A DNA stretch of 64,000 bases from Fimbriosthenelais zetlandica (taxonomy: Eukaryota). The translations under genes were made by a program, and so were the position numbers. Positions 63,437 to 64,000 of this stretch are shown here, piece by piece. The notes beneath the pieces were generated by a model. That model searched no databases. It had not been told where the DNA came from and worked only from the letters and a program-made list of their open reading frames with translations. The stretch lies in assembly GCA_977030845.1 (NCBI GenBank), contig OZ365112.1, positions 5,766,001 to 5,830,000 on the forward strand. The letters run 5' to 3'. Position 1 is the first letter of the stretch. The number at the start of each line of letters is the position of its first letter.

Positions 63437-64000
63437 TTAACCCTTTCGCGGCGAGCAATGCCTCAATGCATTCCCGTGCAGAGGGCGGGCAATGCATTAA
63501 TGCATTATGAGCTCTTTTTGACCAATCTAGAGTGGGGAATTTGCTATATTTTGGTGAAAATTTTGTTTCAATATTCCAATTAGAAGCCGAGATATTGACT
63601 TTCGAATTCGGTTATGTCCATTTGTTTTCAGAAATATTGATTTCTCGAAAGCACAATATTTATATAGGAAAAATGACTCTACATTTGGAAGAAAAAAAAT
63701 ATAGGAAAACTAATATTAAGTATTTTATTCACTAATTCCTTAATTCTCATCCGATTTATGCAAAGTAAATTTTATTTGGTTAGTCAGATTCTTGGCTTGG
63801 GACATTTATTAGTATTTTAGAATTTCTTTTGAAGACCGTTTCCATGGTAACAACGAAAGGCGTGGAGCTCATTTTTTCAGAAAATTCCGTTGCCATAGTA
63901 ACCAACATTTCAAGTTAGAAAATTATTTTTCTGCCAAAAAAAGAATGTTATTTAATTCGGGGGAACATTTTATGTCTGAGAGGTTTTGGTGTTTTGGCGG
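63437..64000. mobile_element. Probable left end of a piggyBac-like non-autonomous element, running off the window
   Basis: TTAA-CCCTTTCGCGGCG followed by repeated subterminal CAATGC(A/C)T motifs. The other end is not in the window. Confidence 0.45.

Overview
Eukaryotic, AT-rich, intron-containing DNA from an invertebrate animal; a deuterostome such as an echinoderm is my inference, not shown by the sequence. The left ~33 kb is non-coding or repeat-rich: MITEs, micro- and minisatellites and a few exon-like relics I could not assign to a gene. 33.6-41.9 kb is a mobile-element block. It holds a 3.4-kb non-coding DNA transposon with perfect 33-bp TIRs carrying a lattice of identical 16-bp motifs about 364 bp apart, a tandemly duplicated composite repeat with tRNA-derived heads, and a 5'-truncated Penelope-like (Neptune-type) GIY-YIG retroelement between (TA)n tracts. 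The right ~22 kb holds four intact spliced genes that I reconstructed exon by exon: a GDAP1-like GST (-), an ABHD1/3-like hydrolase (-), RACK1 (-) and the PP2A catalytic subunit (+). RACK1 and PP2Ac are head-to-head, with 482 bp between start codons. RACK1 introns contain nine box C/D snoRNA copies: five SNORD96 homologues (5.8S guide) and four copies of a second family with an 18S-complementary guide. All nine use a non-canonical, compensatory C/D box pair (RUGAUUA / AUGA).
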